Source of the DNA: an uncultured Fretibacterium sp.
GTDB lineage: Bacteria > Synergistota > Synergistia > Synergistales > Aminobacteriaceae
Direction: 5' to 3'
Assembly: GCA_946183145.1 (NCBI GenBank)
Contig: CAMGZM010000007.1
Location: 33,412-97,411 of the forward strand
Length of the DNA stretch: 64,000 bases
This document shows positions 1-10,160 of this stretch, one piece after another (position 1 is the stretch's first letter; every line of letters starts with the position of its first letter). The position numbers were made by a program, and so were the translations under genes. A model generated the notes under the pieces. It had not been told where the DNA came from, made no database searches, and saw nothing but the letters and a program-made list of their open reading frames with translations.

Positions 1-512
1 TAGGAGTCTGCAACCGTTCCGGGCTTCTTGACGAGAACGGGAATCTTCCCCGCGCTAAAGGTGCGTTGATGGCCGATGCAGTTGCAACTATGGCGGGCGC
101 GGCTCTGGGTACGTCAACCGTAACAAGCTACGTAGAGTCGTCATCAGGAGTTGCGCAGGGAGGCAGAACGGGCTTAACGTCAATCGTAACGGCACTGCTG
201 TTCATCGGCGCGATATTCTTTACACCTCTCGTTAAGATGGTACCGGGCTATGCTACTGCACCCGCGTTAATCATTGTCGGCGTGTATATGATGATGAGCC
301 TTAGGGATCTTAATTTTGACGACTGGACAGAGTTAATACCGTCAATCGTAGGATTCTTCATGATGCCGTTTGCTTACAGTATCGCAATAGGTATCGAGTT
401 CGCAATAGTCCTCTATGTCGCGATAAAGATTCTCACGGGAAAATTCAAGGATATATCGTTCCTTATGGTAGTGCTTTCTGCATTGTTCATCGCAAAGGAG
501 TTTTTAGCGTAA
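1..512 (+). CDS. NCS2/AzgA-family purine permease, C-terminal fragment (5' end outside the window)
   Basis: Frame 3 is open from nt 3. The translation ...GLLDENGNLPRAKGALMADAVATMAGAALGTSTVTSYVESSSGV... plus hydrophobic helices resembles the C-terminal half of guanine/hypoxanthine permeases. Confidence 0.75.
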   Translation, partial: GVCNRSGLLDENGNLPRAKGALMADAVATMAGAALGTSTVTSYVESSSGVAQGGRTGLTSIVTALLFIGAIFFTPLVKMVPGYATAPALIIVGVYMMMSLRDLNFDDWTELIPSIVGFFMMPFAYSIAIGIEFAIVLYVAIKILTGKFKDISFLMVVLSALFIAKEFLA

Positions 513-533
513 CATTGCGAGGATAATCACAAG

Positions 534-566
534 TCCCCCGGCAAAAAACTGCTTGGGGGATTTTTT
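534..566 (+). terminator. Rho-independent terminator after the permease gene
   Basis: Stem TCCCCC (534-539) pairs with GGGGGA (555-560), followed by T6 (561-566). Confidence 0.7.
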
Positions 567-578
567 CATGGCCGGAAA

Positions 579-607
579 TTGACACTCAAATATTCATAGG
601 CTAGAAT
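579..607 (+). promoter_or_regulatory. sigma70-type promoter for glnN
   Basis: TTGACA (579-584), a 17-nt spacer, then TAGAAT (602-607), about 64 nt upstream of the glnN ATG. Confidence 0.55.
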
Positions 608-670
608 ATCTCACGCATTAAGCATAAATTCTCGTAACATTTACTGCTTAACGAGGAAGGAGATTAACAT

Positions 671-2788
671 ATGCCGGAAGTAAAAACTGTTCACGAAATA
701 TTCGGCTCAATGATATTTGACCGCCGTGTTATGCGTGAAAAGCTCAACCCCGATATATATTCGCAGGTAATTGACGCGATGGAGGGAAGGCAGCACTTAT
801 CAGCAGAAGCCGCCGATATCGTAGCAAACGCTATGAAAGACTGGGCAGTCTCAAAAGGCGCGACTCACTGGTCTCACTGGTTCCAGCCTCAGACGGAATT
901 AACCGCCGAAAAGCATTTAGCGTTCACAGTCCCCGATGAAAACGGAAATCCCATAGAGACATTCAGGGGTCATAACCTCGTGCAGGGTGAGCCTGATGCT
1001 TCAAGTTTTCCGTCAGCAGGAACACGCTCAACATTCGAGGCCCGCGGATATTCTGCGTGGGACATCTCAAGCCCCGCATTTATCGTGAAGACTCCTAAGG
1101 GCGGAACTCTCTTTATCCCGACGGTGTTTCTTTCGTTTGACGGAACGCCGTTAGACCTCAAGACTCCGTTATTGCGTGCGCTTGACGCTGTAGAGAGTCG
1201 TGCGTTTAAGCTGCTTCGTACATTAGGCCAGAGGGGTATACGCTACGTGAAAATGACTGTCGGAGCGGAACAGGAATACTTTTTGCTTGACAGACCCCGC
1301 GCACAATTACGGCCTGACATAAGATTTTGCGGGCGGACTCTAATCGGTGCACAGCCTGCAAAAGACCAGAAGTTAGACCATCATTATATGGGTGCGATTC
1401 ATAATCGTGTATTGCGCTACATGGAAGACGTTGAACGCGATTTAGCCCGGCTCGGTGTCTGCGTAATGACTCGTCATAATGAGGTTGCAAGATGCCAGTT
1501 TGAATTTGCTCATCTATATTCTGACGCTAACAGGGCATGTGATCAGAATCAAATCTTGATGGAAACAATGAGGAAATTAGCCCGTCAGCATGAGTTGAGA
1601 TTATTATTCCATGAGAAGCCTTTTGCGGGCATGAACGGAAGCGGGAAGCACACAAACATTTCACTTGTTGACAGCGAGGGAAGAAACCTTCTGAAGCCGT
1701 CAAACTCTCACCGCCGGAATGTTGTATTTCTCACGTTCCTTTCGGCTGTAGTATTGGGAGTGTCGAAATTTCACAGCCTTCTTCAAGCGTCAGTTGCAAC
1801 AGCGGGAAATTTATTCCGTCTCGGCGGCCATGAAGCTCCCCCCTCAATCATAAGCGTGTATTTAGGCTCTGCGTTGACGGACTTAATCAGGCGGCTTGAT
1901 GACTCTGATGTCTCACTCCCTGAGAAAAGAGTCATGGATTTGGGACTCGCTAAACTTCCTGACATAATACCGTTTGACTCAGACAGAAACCGCACGAGTC
2001 CTGTAGCGTTTACGGGCGACAAGTTCGAGTTCCGCGCACCGGGGGCAAGCCAGAGCATTGCGCTTCCTGTAACAATGTTCGCAAGTTTATGGGCGTGGGG
2101 AATCGAACAGGTAACGGGAATAATCGAGGCAAAAATCGCTGAGGGAAAAGATCCTATTGACGCTTCACTTGAGGCAGCGCGTGAGGCATTCAGGATGGGA
2201 AGCAGCATACTCTTTGAGGGCGACGCATATTCACAGGAATGGCAGAACGAAGCGAGGCAGCGCGGGCTTGTTGAGGCTGAGACTATGCCCGACAGAATAG
2301 ACTTGCTCATGAAGCCGGAGAACAAAGAGATGTTAGAGTCGCTTGGCGTTTACCGTTCGCATGAGCTGGAGAATTTGCGCTCCGTGAGAATGGAGAGTTT
2401 TGCGACCGGGCTTGAGGTTGAAGCGGCTGTGCTTTACGATATGTTATGGGAGGGAGTTTTGCCGGCAATCTCGAAGCAGCTGACGTTAGAGCGTGAGTCA
2501 ATGCTGTACTTTGAGAATGTAGATTTCGGCGACATGACTCCGTGGCGTGATTACGTTGGCGGATTGGGACGCGCTAAGAATGCGTTGATCCGGGACGCGA
2601 ATCACCTTTACGAGCTTAAAGGCCGTCTCTCCGGGATGAATGCCCGCGAACGTTCTGACTTCCTCACAGGAACAATCATTCCGCTGATGGATGAGATTCG
2701 AGCGAAATGCGACATGGCCGAGCTGACTATCGCGGCTGATATTTGGCCTTATCCCATCTACAGAAATCTTCTCTCACTCTCTGCGTAA
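671..2788 (+). CDS. glnN: glutamine synthetase, type III
   Basis: 705 aa, the typical GSIII length. The N-terminus MPEVKTVHEIFGSMIFDRRVM...KDWAVSKGATHWSHWFQP and the central catalytic region fit GlnN. RBS is GGAAGGAG. Confidence 0.9.
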   Translation: MPEVKTVHEIFGSMIFDRRVMREKLNPDIYSQVIDAMEGRQHLSAEAADIVANAMKDWAVSKGATHWSHWFQPQTELTAEKHLAFTVPDENGNPIETFRGHNLVQGEPDASSFPSAGTRSTFEARGYSAWDISSPAFIVKTPKGGTLFIPTVFLSFDGTPLDLKTPLLRALDAVESRAFKLLRTLGQRGIRYVKMTVGAEQEYFLLDRPRAQLRPDIRFCGRTLIGAQPAKDQKLDHHYMGAIHNRVLRYMEDVERDLARLGVCVMTRHNEVARCQFEFAHLYSDANRACDQNQILMETMRKLARQHELRLLFHEKPFAGMNGSGKHTNISLVDSEGRNLLKPSNSHRRNVVFLTFLSAVVLGVSKFHSLLQASVATAGNLFRLGGHEAPPSIISVYLGSALTDLIRRLDDSDVSLPEKRVMDLGLAKLPDIIPFDSDRNRTSPVAFTGDKFEFRAPGASQSIALPVTMFASLWAWGIEQVTGIIEAKIAEGKDPIDASLEAAREAFRMGSSILFEGDAYSQEWQNEARQRGLVEAETMPDRIDLLMKPENKEMLESLGVYRSHELENLRSVRMESFATGLEVEAAVLYDMLWEGVLPAISKQLTLERESMLYFENVDFGDMTPWRDYVGGLGRAKNALIRDANHLYELKGRLSGMNARERSDFLTGTIIPLMDEIRAKCDMAELTIAADIWPYPIYRNLLSLSA

Positions 2789-2800
2789 AACTGCAAAAAA

Positions 2801-2831
2801 TTTCCCCCAGTCGTAAAAGGCCGGGGGATTT
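2801..2831. terminator. bidirectional terminator between convergent glnN and the antiporter gene
   Basis: CCCCC (2804-2808) pairs with GGGGG (2823-2827), flanked by A/T runs on both sides. Confidence 0.6.
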
Positions 2832-2833
2832 CT

Positions 2834-4123
2834 TTATGCTTTCTGAAATCTTGCGCGGTTTACATGTTCAGGCTGTTTAGTCTCAATTTCTCCCGCGTTC
2901 GTCAATGCTATTCTCGTGAGCATAGGCCCGACAATCTCATACACAAGCACGCTGAATAGTATTATGTTGCGAATCATTCCGCCCATTTCAGAGCCTAAAC
3001 TCTGCGCGCTTACTACCATTCCCAAAGCAACGCCCGCCTGAGGAAACAGCGTTATTCCCAAATACTTTTTGACGTTCTCAGGGCATTTCATGATTGACGA
3101 GCTTATACCCGCGCCGAAATATTTTCCCGCACAACGAACAAGAATATACACAGCTCCGATCAACATCACGGAGAAATTCTGCATCACGGACAATTCGAGC
3201 CTCGCGCCGCTTATCACGAAAAACACAGCGTAAAGAGGCGCAGACCATCTTGTAGAACGCGCCATAATATCACTTGAGTATTCGCTCATGTTGCAGAAAA
3301 TTGTTCCTAATGTCATGCAGACTAGAAGAGATGAAAACGCTATTTTTACCTGCCCGATGTAAAACTCTCTTGATGAAAGTGATATTGTCATTAACACAAA
3401 CGCTATTGTCATTGAAAGCCTGTTAGAGTTCGAGAAGAATAATTTTTCAAGCAGCGTTAATATATATCCCATAATTGAGCCGAGTATTACGGAGCAAATT
3501 ATTTCGATGATGGGATTTATGACGATTGAGACGAGATTTATTGCTCCTCCCGTCATGGCCTGAGCGATTCCCATTGAGACGGCGAATATCACCAATCCGG
3601 CAGCGTCATCAAGCGCGACAATAGGCAGAAGCAGATCCGTTACGGGGCCTTTTGCCTTGAACTGACGCACTACCATTAACGTAGCAGCAGGAGCAGTAGC
3701 AGACGCAATAGCACCAAGAGTTATGGCTACAGGAAGAGGGAGAATATCAGCACCGAGTTTCAGACTCAGGAGGATTAACGCTCCGTCAACAAAAACTGTT
3801 GCTGTTACGGCCTGAAATATTCCGATGAATAATGCGGATTTTCCCATCTCTTTGAGGCTCGCGGCTCTGAACTCGCTCCCAATGTCGAACGCTATGAATC
3901 CTAATGCTATGCTTGAGAGTATGCTCACGGCTGAAAGCTCATTCTGTGATGTGAAGCCTATACCGAGATTGCCCAAAACGTATGGCCCTACGATAATTCC
4001 TGCGATGAGAAACGCTGTTACGTCGGGAAGCATTATGCCTCTTTTGCCGATTGTGTACTTGAATGCGCGGGTCATAATGAGACCTGCAAAAAGTGAGAAC
4101 GCTGTACTAAGCAGTAATGACAA
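2834..4123 (-). CDS. cation:proton antiporter (Na+/H+ exchanger / Kef-like membrane domain)
   Basis: 429 aa, polytopic membrane protein with about 11-12 hydrophobic helices and CPA-family-like sequence. Confidence 0.65.
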   Translation of the reverse strand: MSLLLSTAFSLFAGLIMTRAFKYTIGKRGIMLPDVTAFLIAGIIVGPYVLGNLGIGFTSQNELSAVSILSSIALGFIAFDIGSEFRAASLKEMGKSALFIGIFQAVTATVFVDGALILLSLKLGADILPLPVAITLGAIASATAPAATLMVVRQFKAKGPVTDLLLPIVALDDAAGLVIFAVSMGIAQAMTGGAINLVSIVINPIIEIICSVILGSIMGYILTLLEKLFFSNSNRLSMTIAFVLMTISLSSREFYIGQVKIAFSSLLVCMTLGTIFCNMSEYSSDIMARSTRWSAPLYAVFFVISGARLELSVMQNFSVMLIGAVYILVRCAGKYFGAGISSSIMKCPENVKKYLGITLFPQAGVALGMVVSAQSLGSEMGGMIRNIILFSVLVYEIVGPMLTRIALTNAGEIETKQPEHVNRARFQKA

Positions 4124-4159
4124 GTAAATTGCCTCTTTTCGTGAATTTTCAGCGCGGAA

Positions 4160-5188
4160 TTATAGCACAGTCAGATAATATTTCTCCGTCTTTGTCGTCA
4201 TTTCGTCAGCAGTAAAAATATCTGCGTTGATCCTGCTCGCTTCTCCCGTAAGAATGAATCTCTCAATAGCTTTCTGCCATTCGTCAACATCTCCGGCCAT
4301 GACTAGATTCCTGTTTTTGCCCGGTGCAATCTCCCTCATTGCGTCAATATCACTTGCGATAACAGGAAGCCCCGCGCTTAAAGCCTCGTAAACGACAAGC
4401 CCGGCACCCTCGCTTTTTGACGTGAAGAGAATGCACGAGCTTTGAGCCATGAACTTGTCGACATCAGGCTTGCTCATATCACCGTGAAATTTCACACGCT
4501 CAGAGATTCCCAATTTTGCCGAAAGTGCTTCAAGATTCTTGCGTTCGTCCCCTTCGCCCAAAATATCAAGCGTCCATGAATAGCCCGTGAGTTTTGCCAG
4601 CGCGCTCAAAGCAACGTCAACAGCTTTTAGCCTCGTCAATCGTCCAACAATGAGAAATTTTGTCGTTCCCTCGTGCATAAAATCTCTGTGATGAAACTCC
4701 GCCGGGGTTATTCCGTTCGGGATTATTGTTGCGTTTGATGGCAGTCGGCCTTCAAGGTGAGTCATAACAGGGTGTGAAATACATATTGCGCCGTCAGCGT
4801 GTGAATAGGGGATTAATCCTGCGTTGAGCGAGTAAAGAGAATGAGCCGTAACGATGAATTTTGCGCCCGTGAGTTTTGACGCGAGCCACGAGACCCAAGC
4901 CGGAACACGTGAATGAGCGTGAATTATGTCCCAGTGAAATTTACGGTTAAGGATTGCGAGTTTTACAGCGCAGTATATTATTGTGATTGGGTTCTTTATG
5001 TGAGCGGGCATGTGAAGAATTTTTGCTGACGGGGGCAAATCTTTTTCGAGCCTTCCTCCTGATGAAGCAAGCGTTACTTCATGGCCGTTGCGACTCATTC
5101 CGCGTATGAGGCTGAGTACGTGAACTTCTGCTCCGCCCTCGTCAAAACCCGGCATTACGTAGAGTATCTTCAATTGTGCAAAATCCAT
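4160..5188 (-). CDS. glycosyltransferase family 4 (GT-B, LPS core-type)
   Basis: 342 aa. N-terminal GGAEVHV motif and a C-terminal ...SEGAGLVVYEALSAGLPVIASD... E-x7-E region typical of GT4. Confidence 0.8.
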   Translation of the reverse strand: MDFAQLKILYVMPGFDEGGAEVHVLSLIRGMSRNGHEVTLASSGGRLEKDLPPSAKILHMPAHIKNPITIIYCAVKLAILNRKFHWDIIHAHSRVPAWVSWLASKLTGAKFIVTAHSLYSLNAGLIPYSHADGAICISHPVMTHLEGRLPSNATIIPNGITPAEFHHRDFMHEGTTKFLIVGRLTRLKAVDVALSALAKLTGYSWTLDILGEGDERKNLEALSAKLGISERVKFHGDMSKPDVDKFMAQSSCILFTSKSEGAGLVVYEALSAGLPVIASDIDAMREIAPGKNRNLVMAGDVDEWQKAIERFILTGEASRINADIFTADEMTTKTEKYYLTVL

Positions 5189-6240
5189 TCCGCCGCGCGC
5201 TTGGCCTCGTTGAAGTTCTTGTAGTGATATTGCTCCGGGGCTTCAAGAAATTTCTGCATGTCCCAATCATCGCGGAAATCCTGAATCAATCCCATCTCCG
5301 AAAATCTCGCGAACATGTCATCAAACCTTCTTGCGCCGAATCCTAACATGTGCTTAATCTTCCCTGTTGTTCTTGGGACTCGTATTAATCCGACCTTGAA
5401 ACCCGCCGTAACAGCCTCAGATACCATTGACACGGAGTCTTCCGTAACAAGAACGTGTGTAGCAGCTCCTAAAATGGCCGTGATTGAGTTCTGGTTCGGA
5501 GTGCGTGAATACAGGAAAATATATTCAGCGTTGGGATTTCCTGAGAATATTTCCTCAACCGTATTTTCTACTGATGTCCCTGTCCTGCGTGAAGTTGTTA
5601 CAAGAAATTTTGCGTCCTTTATCGACAGCATTGGCGTTAACATATCCCGCGCCCATCTTGATGTGATTTTGTAGTTTGCATCACTTCCGCCGATTAATAT
5701 TGCGATAACCTTTTGGCCGATGAGATTCCTTCCTGAGAAAAATTTTTCGGCAATCGCTTTAAGTGTCGGCATGTAGATATGATTCGGCGCGCCTAATGTT
5801 GTTATAACGTTTCCCTGCTTGGGATTGGGCTTGTCATGCTCAGGGACTATAGCATACGTGAAAGATTTTGTGCCTAATACTGAAGGTGTCATCAATACGG
5901 CTGATTTGTTATGCGTTGCTTTTGCGAGAGCCAGGCAGAACGGGGCGGCTTTGCTTCCTGCTGAGATGAAAAGCGTTGTTTCAGGCTCGTATTTGCTGTA
6001 ACGTATTCCTGCAGATTTCAGCCATTCGCGCGAGTATGATCCGCCGTGAACTTCAAGGCCATGCACAAACAATTTCAGTTTCATTACGCGGTCAAAAATT
6101 GACATTTCGGGAATTGTTATCACTGACGGGTCTAATGTCGTGCCTGATAATCTTTCCATCCATTCGGCAACTCCTAATGACTGGTGATAATGTCCTCTTA
6201 TGCCGTCGCTTATTATTACTGTTCGCTTAAAATTAGGCAT
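5170..6240 (-). CDS. ELM1/DUF1022-family putative glycosyltransferase
   Basis: 356 aa. The N-terminal ISDGIRGHYHQSLGVAEW motif resembles the bacterial ELM1 family found in LPS loci. Overlaps the downstream GT4 gene by 19 nt. Confidence 0.55.
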   Translation of the reverse strand: MPNFKRTVIISDGIRGHYHQSLGVAEWMERLSGTTLDPSVITIPEMSIFDRVMKLKLFVHGLEVHGGSYSREWLKSAGIRYSKYEPETTLFISAGSKAAPFCLALAKATHNKSAVLMTPSVLGTKSFTYAIVPEHDKPNPKQGNVITTLGAPNHIYMPTLKAIAEKFFSGRNLIGQKVIAILIGGSDANYKITSRWARDMLTPMLSIKDAKFLVTTSRRTGTSVENTVEEIFSGNPNAEYIFLYSRTPNQNSITAILGAATHVLVTEDSVSMVSEAVTAGFKVGLIRVPRTTGKIKHMLGFGARRFDDMFARFSEMGLIQDFRDDWDMQKFLEAPEQYHYKNFNEAKRAAEWILHN

Positions 6241-6955
6241 TCTCTATTATCATTCTCACTTTCTCTAAATCTTCGGGAGTGTCTACACCTACAATATCAT
6301 TCCTGCTTGACGTTGCTTTTATCCTTATCCTGTAACCGTTCTCAAGAATCTTCAGCTGCTCTAAACTTTCGGCCATGCTTAAAGGGGTATCATTCATTCC
6401 CACGTACTTGCGCAGAAATTCAGACTTATAGCCGTAAATCCCTATATGCTGGTAAACGGGAATGTTTATCCCTGTTCTGTTGTAAGGAATCAGCGAGCGC
6501 GAGAAATACAGCGCGTAACCAGTCTGAGACATAACTACTTTCACGGTGTTGGGATTGCTCACATCATCATGAATTTCACGGCACAACGTAGCGCAGTCAT
6601 CATCAGCTAACATTTCAGCAACCTCATCAATCATTACTGGGTCAAGCAATGGCTCATCACCCTGAATGTTTATCACCGAGTCAAAATTTCCTCCGAAAAT
6701 CCTCAATGCTTCCTCACATCTTGCTGTTCCGTTTGGCAGATTTTCACCCGTCATTACAGGGAGGCCGCCGAAACTTTTCACGCAGTCAAAAATTCTCCCG
6801 TCATCAGTCGCAACAATCACATCATGAAGAGACTCTGACATTTTCGCCCGCTCGTAAACACGCTGAATCATAGTTTTACCGCAAATATCAGCAAGAGGCT
6901 TCCCCGGGAATCTTGTTGACTTGTAACGCGCCGGAATTACTCCCAAAATTTTCAT
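6233..6955 (-). CDS. kdsB: 3-deoxy-manno-octulosonate cytidylyltransferase (CMP-KDO synthetase)
   Basis: 240 aa beginning MKILGVIPARYKSTRFPGKPLADICGKTMIQ, the canonical KdsB N-terminus. Confidence 0.9.
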   Translation of the reverse strand: MKILGVIPARYKSTRFPGKPLADICGKTMIQRVYERAKMSESLHDVIVATDDGRIFDCVKSFGGLPVMTGENLPNGTARCEEALRIFGGNFDSVINIQGDEPLLDPVMIDEVAEMLADDDCATLCREIHDDVSNPNTVKVVMSQTGYALYFSRSLIPYNRTGINIPVYQHIGIYGYKSEFLRKYVGMNDTPLSMAESLEQLKILENGYRIRIKATSSRNDIVGVDTPEDLEKVRMIIENA

Positions 6956-7908
6956 GCTATCCCTGCTTTCAGTAAATCGTGAATGTGTATTATTCCCACA
7001 GGCTTTTGGCCTTCAACCGCAATCAACACGCTGATCTCGCTGCGCTCCATGATTCTTACGGCTTCCGTTGCTAATGCGTCAGGGCTGATAGTTTTCGGAT
7101 TGTGAGTCATTGCGTCAGTGATTCTTGTCGTGAATGCGTCATTTCCGGCCTTCTCCATCAATCTCCGCAAATCTCCGTCCGTGAATATCCCCGTCAAATT
7201 CCCGTCATCATCAAGAATGCAGGCCGCTCCGTAACCTTTTCCCGTAATCACAAAGAGGGCTTCTTTCACCGTAACTTTCTCAGACACAGCCGGAAGATTA
7301 TCCCCCGTTGCCATGACATCACGAACCCGCGTCAAAAGTCTGCGCCCCAAAGCCCCGCCCGGGTGGAGCTGCGCGAAATCCTCACGCCTTACCCCCCGCA
7401 GAAGCGTAACCATTGTCGCAAGCGCGTCGCCTAATACAAGCTCAAGAGTCGTGCTGCTCATTGGCGCGAGCTGCAAAGGATCTCCCTCGTTATCGACATG
7501 GGCATTAATCACGATGTCGGCAAATTCGGCCAGAGGTGAAGAGAGAGAGCCTGTTACAGCAATAAGCCCCGCCCCCGTTCGTTTGACATGCGGGAGAAGG
7601 GCTGTAATCTCTTGCGATGAGCCGGAATTTGAGATGAATATTGCGGTGTCCTCAGATCGAATCATGCCTAAATCGCCGTGCAATGCTTCAGCGGCATGAA
7701 GAAAGAATGACGGAGTTCCCAATGATGCGAGTGTTGCGGAAATTTTGCGCCCGACATGGCCGGATTTCCCTAATCCTACGACTACTACACGGCCTTTGCA
7801 GGTATATATTTTCCGCGCTGCCCTCACCATTTCGACACTGAGATTTTTCGCGCTGTTCAGTATTTCGTCCGCCTCCGTTACCATTAACTTTTTGGCGGCG
7901 TTAAGCAA
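6952..7908 (-). CDS. kdsD: arabinose-5-phosphate isomerase (KpsF/GutQ family; SIS + tandem CBS)
   Basis: 318 aa. SIS motif VVVVGLGKSGHVGRKISATLASLGTPSFFLH and a C-terminal CBS pair. 4-nt overlap with kdsB. Confidence 0.85.
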   Translation of the reverse strand: MLNAAKKLMVTEADEILNSAKNLSVEMVRAARKIYTCKGRVVVVGLGKSGHVGRKISATLASLGTPSFFLHAAEALHGDLGMIRSEDTAIFISNSGSSQEITALLPHVKRTGAGLIAVTGSLSSPLAEFADIVINAHVDNEGDPLQLAPMSSTTLELVLGDALATMVTLLRGVRREDFAQLHPGGALGRRLLTRVRDVMATGDNLPAVSEKVTVKEALFVITGKGYGAACILDDDGNLTGIFTDGDLRRLMEKAGNDAFTTRITDAMTHNPKTISPDALATEAVRIMERSEISVLIAVEGQKPVGIIHIHDLLKAGIA

Positions 7909-7939
7909 ATCGCTGTCTGTTATTTCAGTAATCCCCTTT

Positions 7940-9259
7940 CTAGCTGAGAATTAACTCGTCATAAAGAGCTTTCACGGAACTGTCATAATCAGCGTCAGAA
8001 ACTCCGATAAGAATATTCTGCTGGTCTGCTCCCTGCTCTATCATTTTTGCTTTTACCCCTGCTTTCACAAGCGCGTCAAAGATTCTTCTGAATGTTCCTT
8101 TTACCGTTCCCATTCCTTCACCGATTATCACAATTACGGACAATCCTTTTTCGACTGTTACGGATTCGGGGGATAATTCATTCTGTATTTCGCCGATTAT
8201 GAGATTCCTGCGTATGTCAAAAACTGGTGCTTTCAGGATTACTGACATCTGATGAATCCCCGATAAACTTAACTGGCACGGTATGCGCTGACGGGCAAAT
8301 ATGGCAAATAATTTCTCGTTGAACGCGTAATCTTTGTTGAGTCCGTATTTCCGTATGTGTACTGTCGTGTAGTTCCTGCTTCCTGATATGCACGCTGTGA
8401 GTTTGCGCTGTGAGTTTTCCGGCAATGCTGAAGATATGAGCATTCCTTCATCATCAGGAGTGTGAGTGCTTGCGATTCTCATTGGTATACCAACAGTATT
8501 AAGCATCAGTATCACATTGTCCGTAACAAGATTTATGCCCGTGTAATTCAGCTCTAACGCTTCAGCATAAGTTATGTTGCGGATTACTTCAGGATTTGGG
8601 ATGACGGAAGTATCTGCGCTGAAGACTTTTGCGGACTCGCTCCATTTCTCGTAGACATCCGCGCCGACACTGCACGCTATCAAAGCTCCCGCGCTGTCGC
8701 AGTCTCCTCTTACGAATGTATGAATATCACCGTTATCCGCAGTCCCGTAAAAACTCGGTATCACCGCATGTATCATTGACTTCAATCTTTGGCCCGCAAC
8801 GGAAAATGTTTTCTCTTTGTCGGGTGTTCCGTCTTTGTTGAAGAATATCAATCCGAAAGCGTCAACGAACGGCCAGCCTATATATTCAGATACTATTCTT
8901 GCTGTTATGTATTCACCCCTGCTTGCTATGTAGTCGAGGCTCATTCCCATATCAATATCACGCTTCAGGCTTTCAATTTCTGCTTTAAGGTTGAAATTTA
9001 TTCCTAATCCTGTAACTATTTCTCTGAAACGCTCATAAATTTTTGTGAGAATGTCATCATAATTTTCATGCGAAACGAAGCGCGAATGACAAAGGTATAA
9101 CATATCCGTAACGCCTACACTTTCAGGCGTTGAACCTGGAGCGGAGATTACTGCATAACGGCGTGAAGGGTCTGACATGAGGACATTTGCGGCCTTGATT
9201 ATTTCCTGAGAGTTTGAGGCTTCATCTCCTCCGAACCTCGCTACTATAACCCTGCTCAT
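7940..9259 (-). CDS. aspartate kinase
   Basis: 439 aa. Amino-acid-kinase N-terminus (ARFGG...VISAPG...VTDML) and C-terminal ACT-like repeats (VIVIIGEGMGTVKG...). Confidence 0.75.
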   Translation of the reverse strand: MSRVIVARFGGDEASNSQEIIKAANVLMSDPSRRYAVISAPGSTPESVGVTDMLYLCHSRFVSHENYDDILTKIYERFREIVTGLGINFNLKAEIESLKRDIDMGMSLDYIASRGEYITARIVSEYIGWPFVDAFGLIFFNKDGTPDKEKTFSVAGQRLKSMIHAVIPSFYGTADNGDIHTFVRGDCDSAGALIACSVGADVYEKWSESAKVFSADTSVIPNPEVIRNITYAEALELNYTGINLVTDNVILMLNTVGIPMRIASTHTPDDEGMLISSALPENSQRKLTACISGSRNYTTVHIRKYGLNKDYAFNEKLFAIFARQRIPCQLSLSGIHQMSVILKAPVFDIRRNLIIGEIQNELSPESVTVEKGLSVIVIIGEGMGTVKGTFRRIFDALVKAGVKAKMIEQGADQQNILIGVSDADYDSSVKALYDELILS

Positions 9260-9317
9260 ATTTTCACCAGCTCTCTTAATATGACATTACAGCGGGCGCA
9301 AGTTCCCCAGTCTGTAT

Positions 9318-10157
9318 TTACTGCTCAAAAGTTACGCGCAATTTGTGAACGGCTGAAACCTCATCGAGAAATTTCGCCATCTGGTCAATCGGTATCATGT
9401 TCGGGCCGTCTGATAATGCTTCTTTCGGGGACGGGTGAGTCTCAGCGAACACCGCGTCAATTCCCACGCTTGCGGCTGCCCTTGCGAGAGGAAAAGCGAG
9501 CCTGTAATCCCCTCCGCTTGAACCTCCTAGTCCGCCCGGCCTCTGTACGCTGTGTGTTGCGTCAAATACAACGGGATAACCGAACTCACGCATTACTACA
9601 AGCCCGGCCATGTCGACAACGAGTCTGTGATAGCCCATAGTAGTGCCTCGTTCGCAGAGCATGACACGATCATTCCCGGCCTCACGGCATTTAGCGGCGG
9701 CATAAATCATGTCTTCAGGGGCGAGAAACTGAGCTTTCTTGATGTTGATGATTCGTCCTGTCTTTGCGGCTGAAACAAGAAGATCCGTCTGACGGCACAA
9801 AAACGCCGGAATCTGTATCACGTCAGCAACTTCACCGACCGGGGCGGCTTGATATGATTCGTGAATGTCCGTGAGAATTGGCACGTTAACTTTTGCTTTG
9901 ATTTCGGCTAATTGTTCGAGGCCTTTTTCGAGTCCCGGCCCGCGCCACGCATGAACGGAAGTACGGTTTGCCTTGTCGAAAGAAGCCTTGAAGATATAGA
10001 GCAGCCCGCGTTCATCACAAAGACGCTTCATATACTTTGCGATTCTGAGTCCAAGCTCTAAACTTTCGAGGGAGCAAGGCCCCGCAATAACCGCGAGACC
10101 TCCATCCCCTATGAATTTTCCGCTGTCAGGTGTGATTTCGTAGATTTTTCCGCTCAA
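9318..10157 (-). CDS. kdsA: 3-deoxy-8-phosphooctulonate synthase
   Basis: 279 aa. GPCSLES...IFKASFDKANRTS...VPILTDIHE...KKAQFLAP motifs. Confidence 0.9.
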   Translation of the reverse strand: MSGKIYEITPDSGKFIGDGGLAVIAGPCSLESLELGLRIAKYMKRLCDERGLLYIFKASFDKANRTSVHAWRGPGLEKGLEQLAEIKAKVNVPILTDIHESYQAAPVGEVADVIQIPAFLCRQTDLLVSAAKTGRIINIKKAQFLAPEDMIYAAAKCREAGNDRVMLCERGTTMGYHRLVVDMAGLVVMREFGYPVVFDATHSVQRPGGLGGSSGGDYRLAFPLARAAASVGIDAVFAETHPSPKEALSDGPNMIPIDQMAKFLDEVSAVHKLRVTFEQ

Positions 10158-10160
10158 TGT

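Noticed and set aside
610-622. 12-mer TCTCACGCATTA shared between the glnN leader and the 13785-13797 intergenic region, considered as a common operator
   Set aside because: By rough expectation, hundreds of chance 12-mer coincidences arise in a 64-kb window read on both strands. There is no palindromic or repeated structure around either copy.
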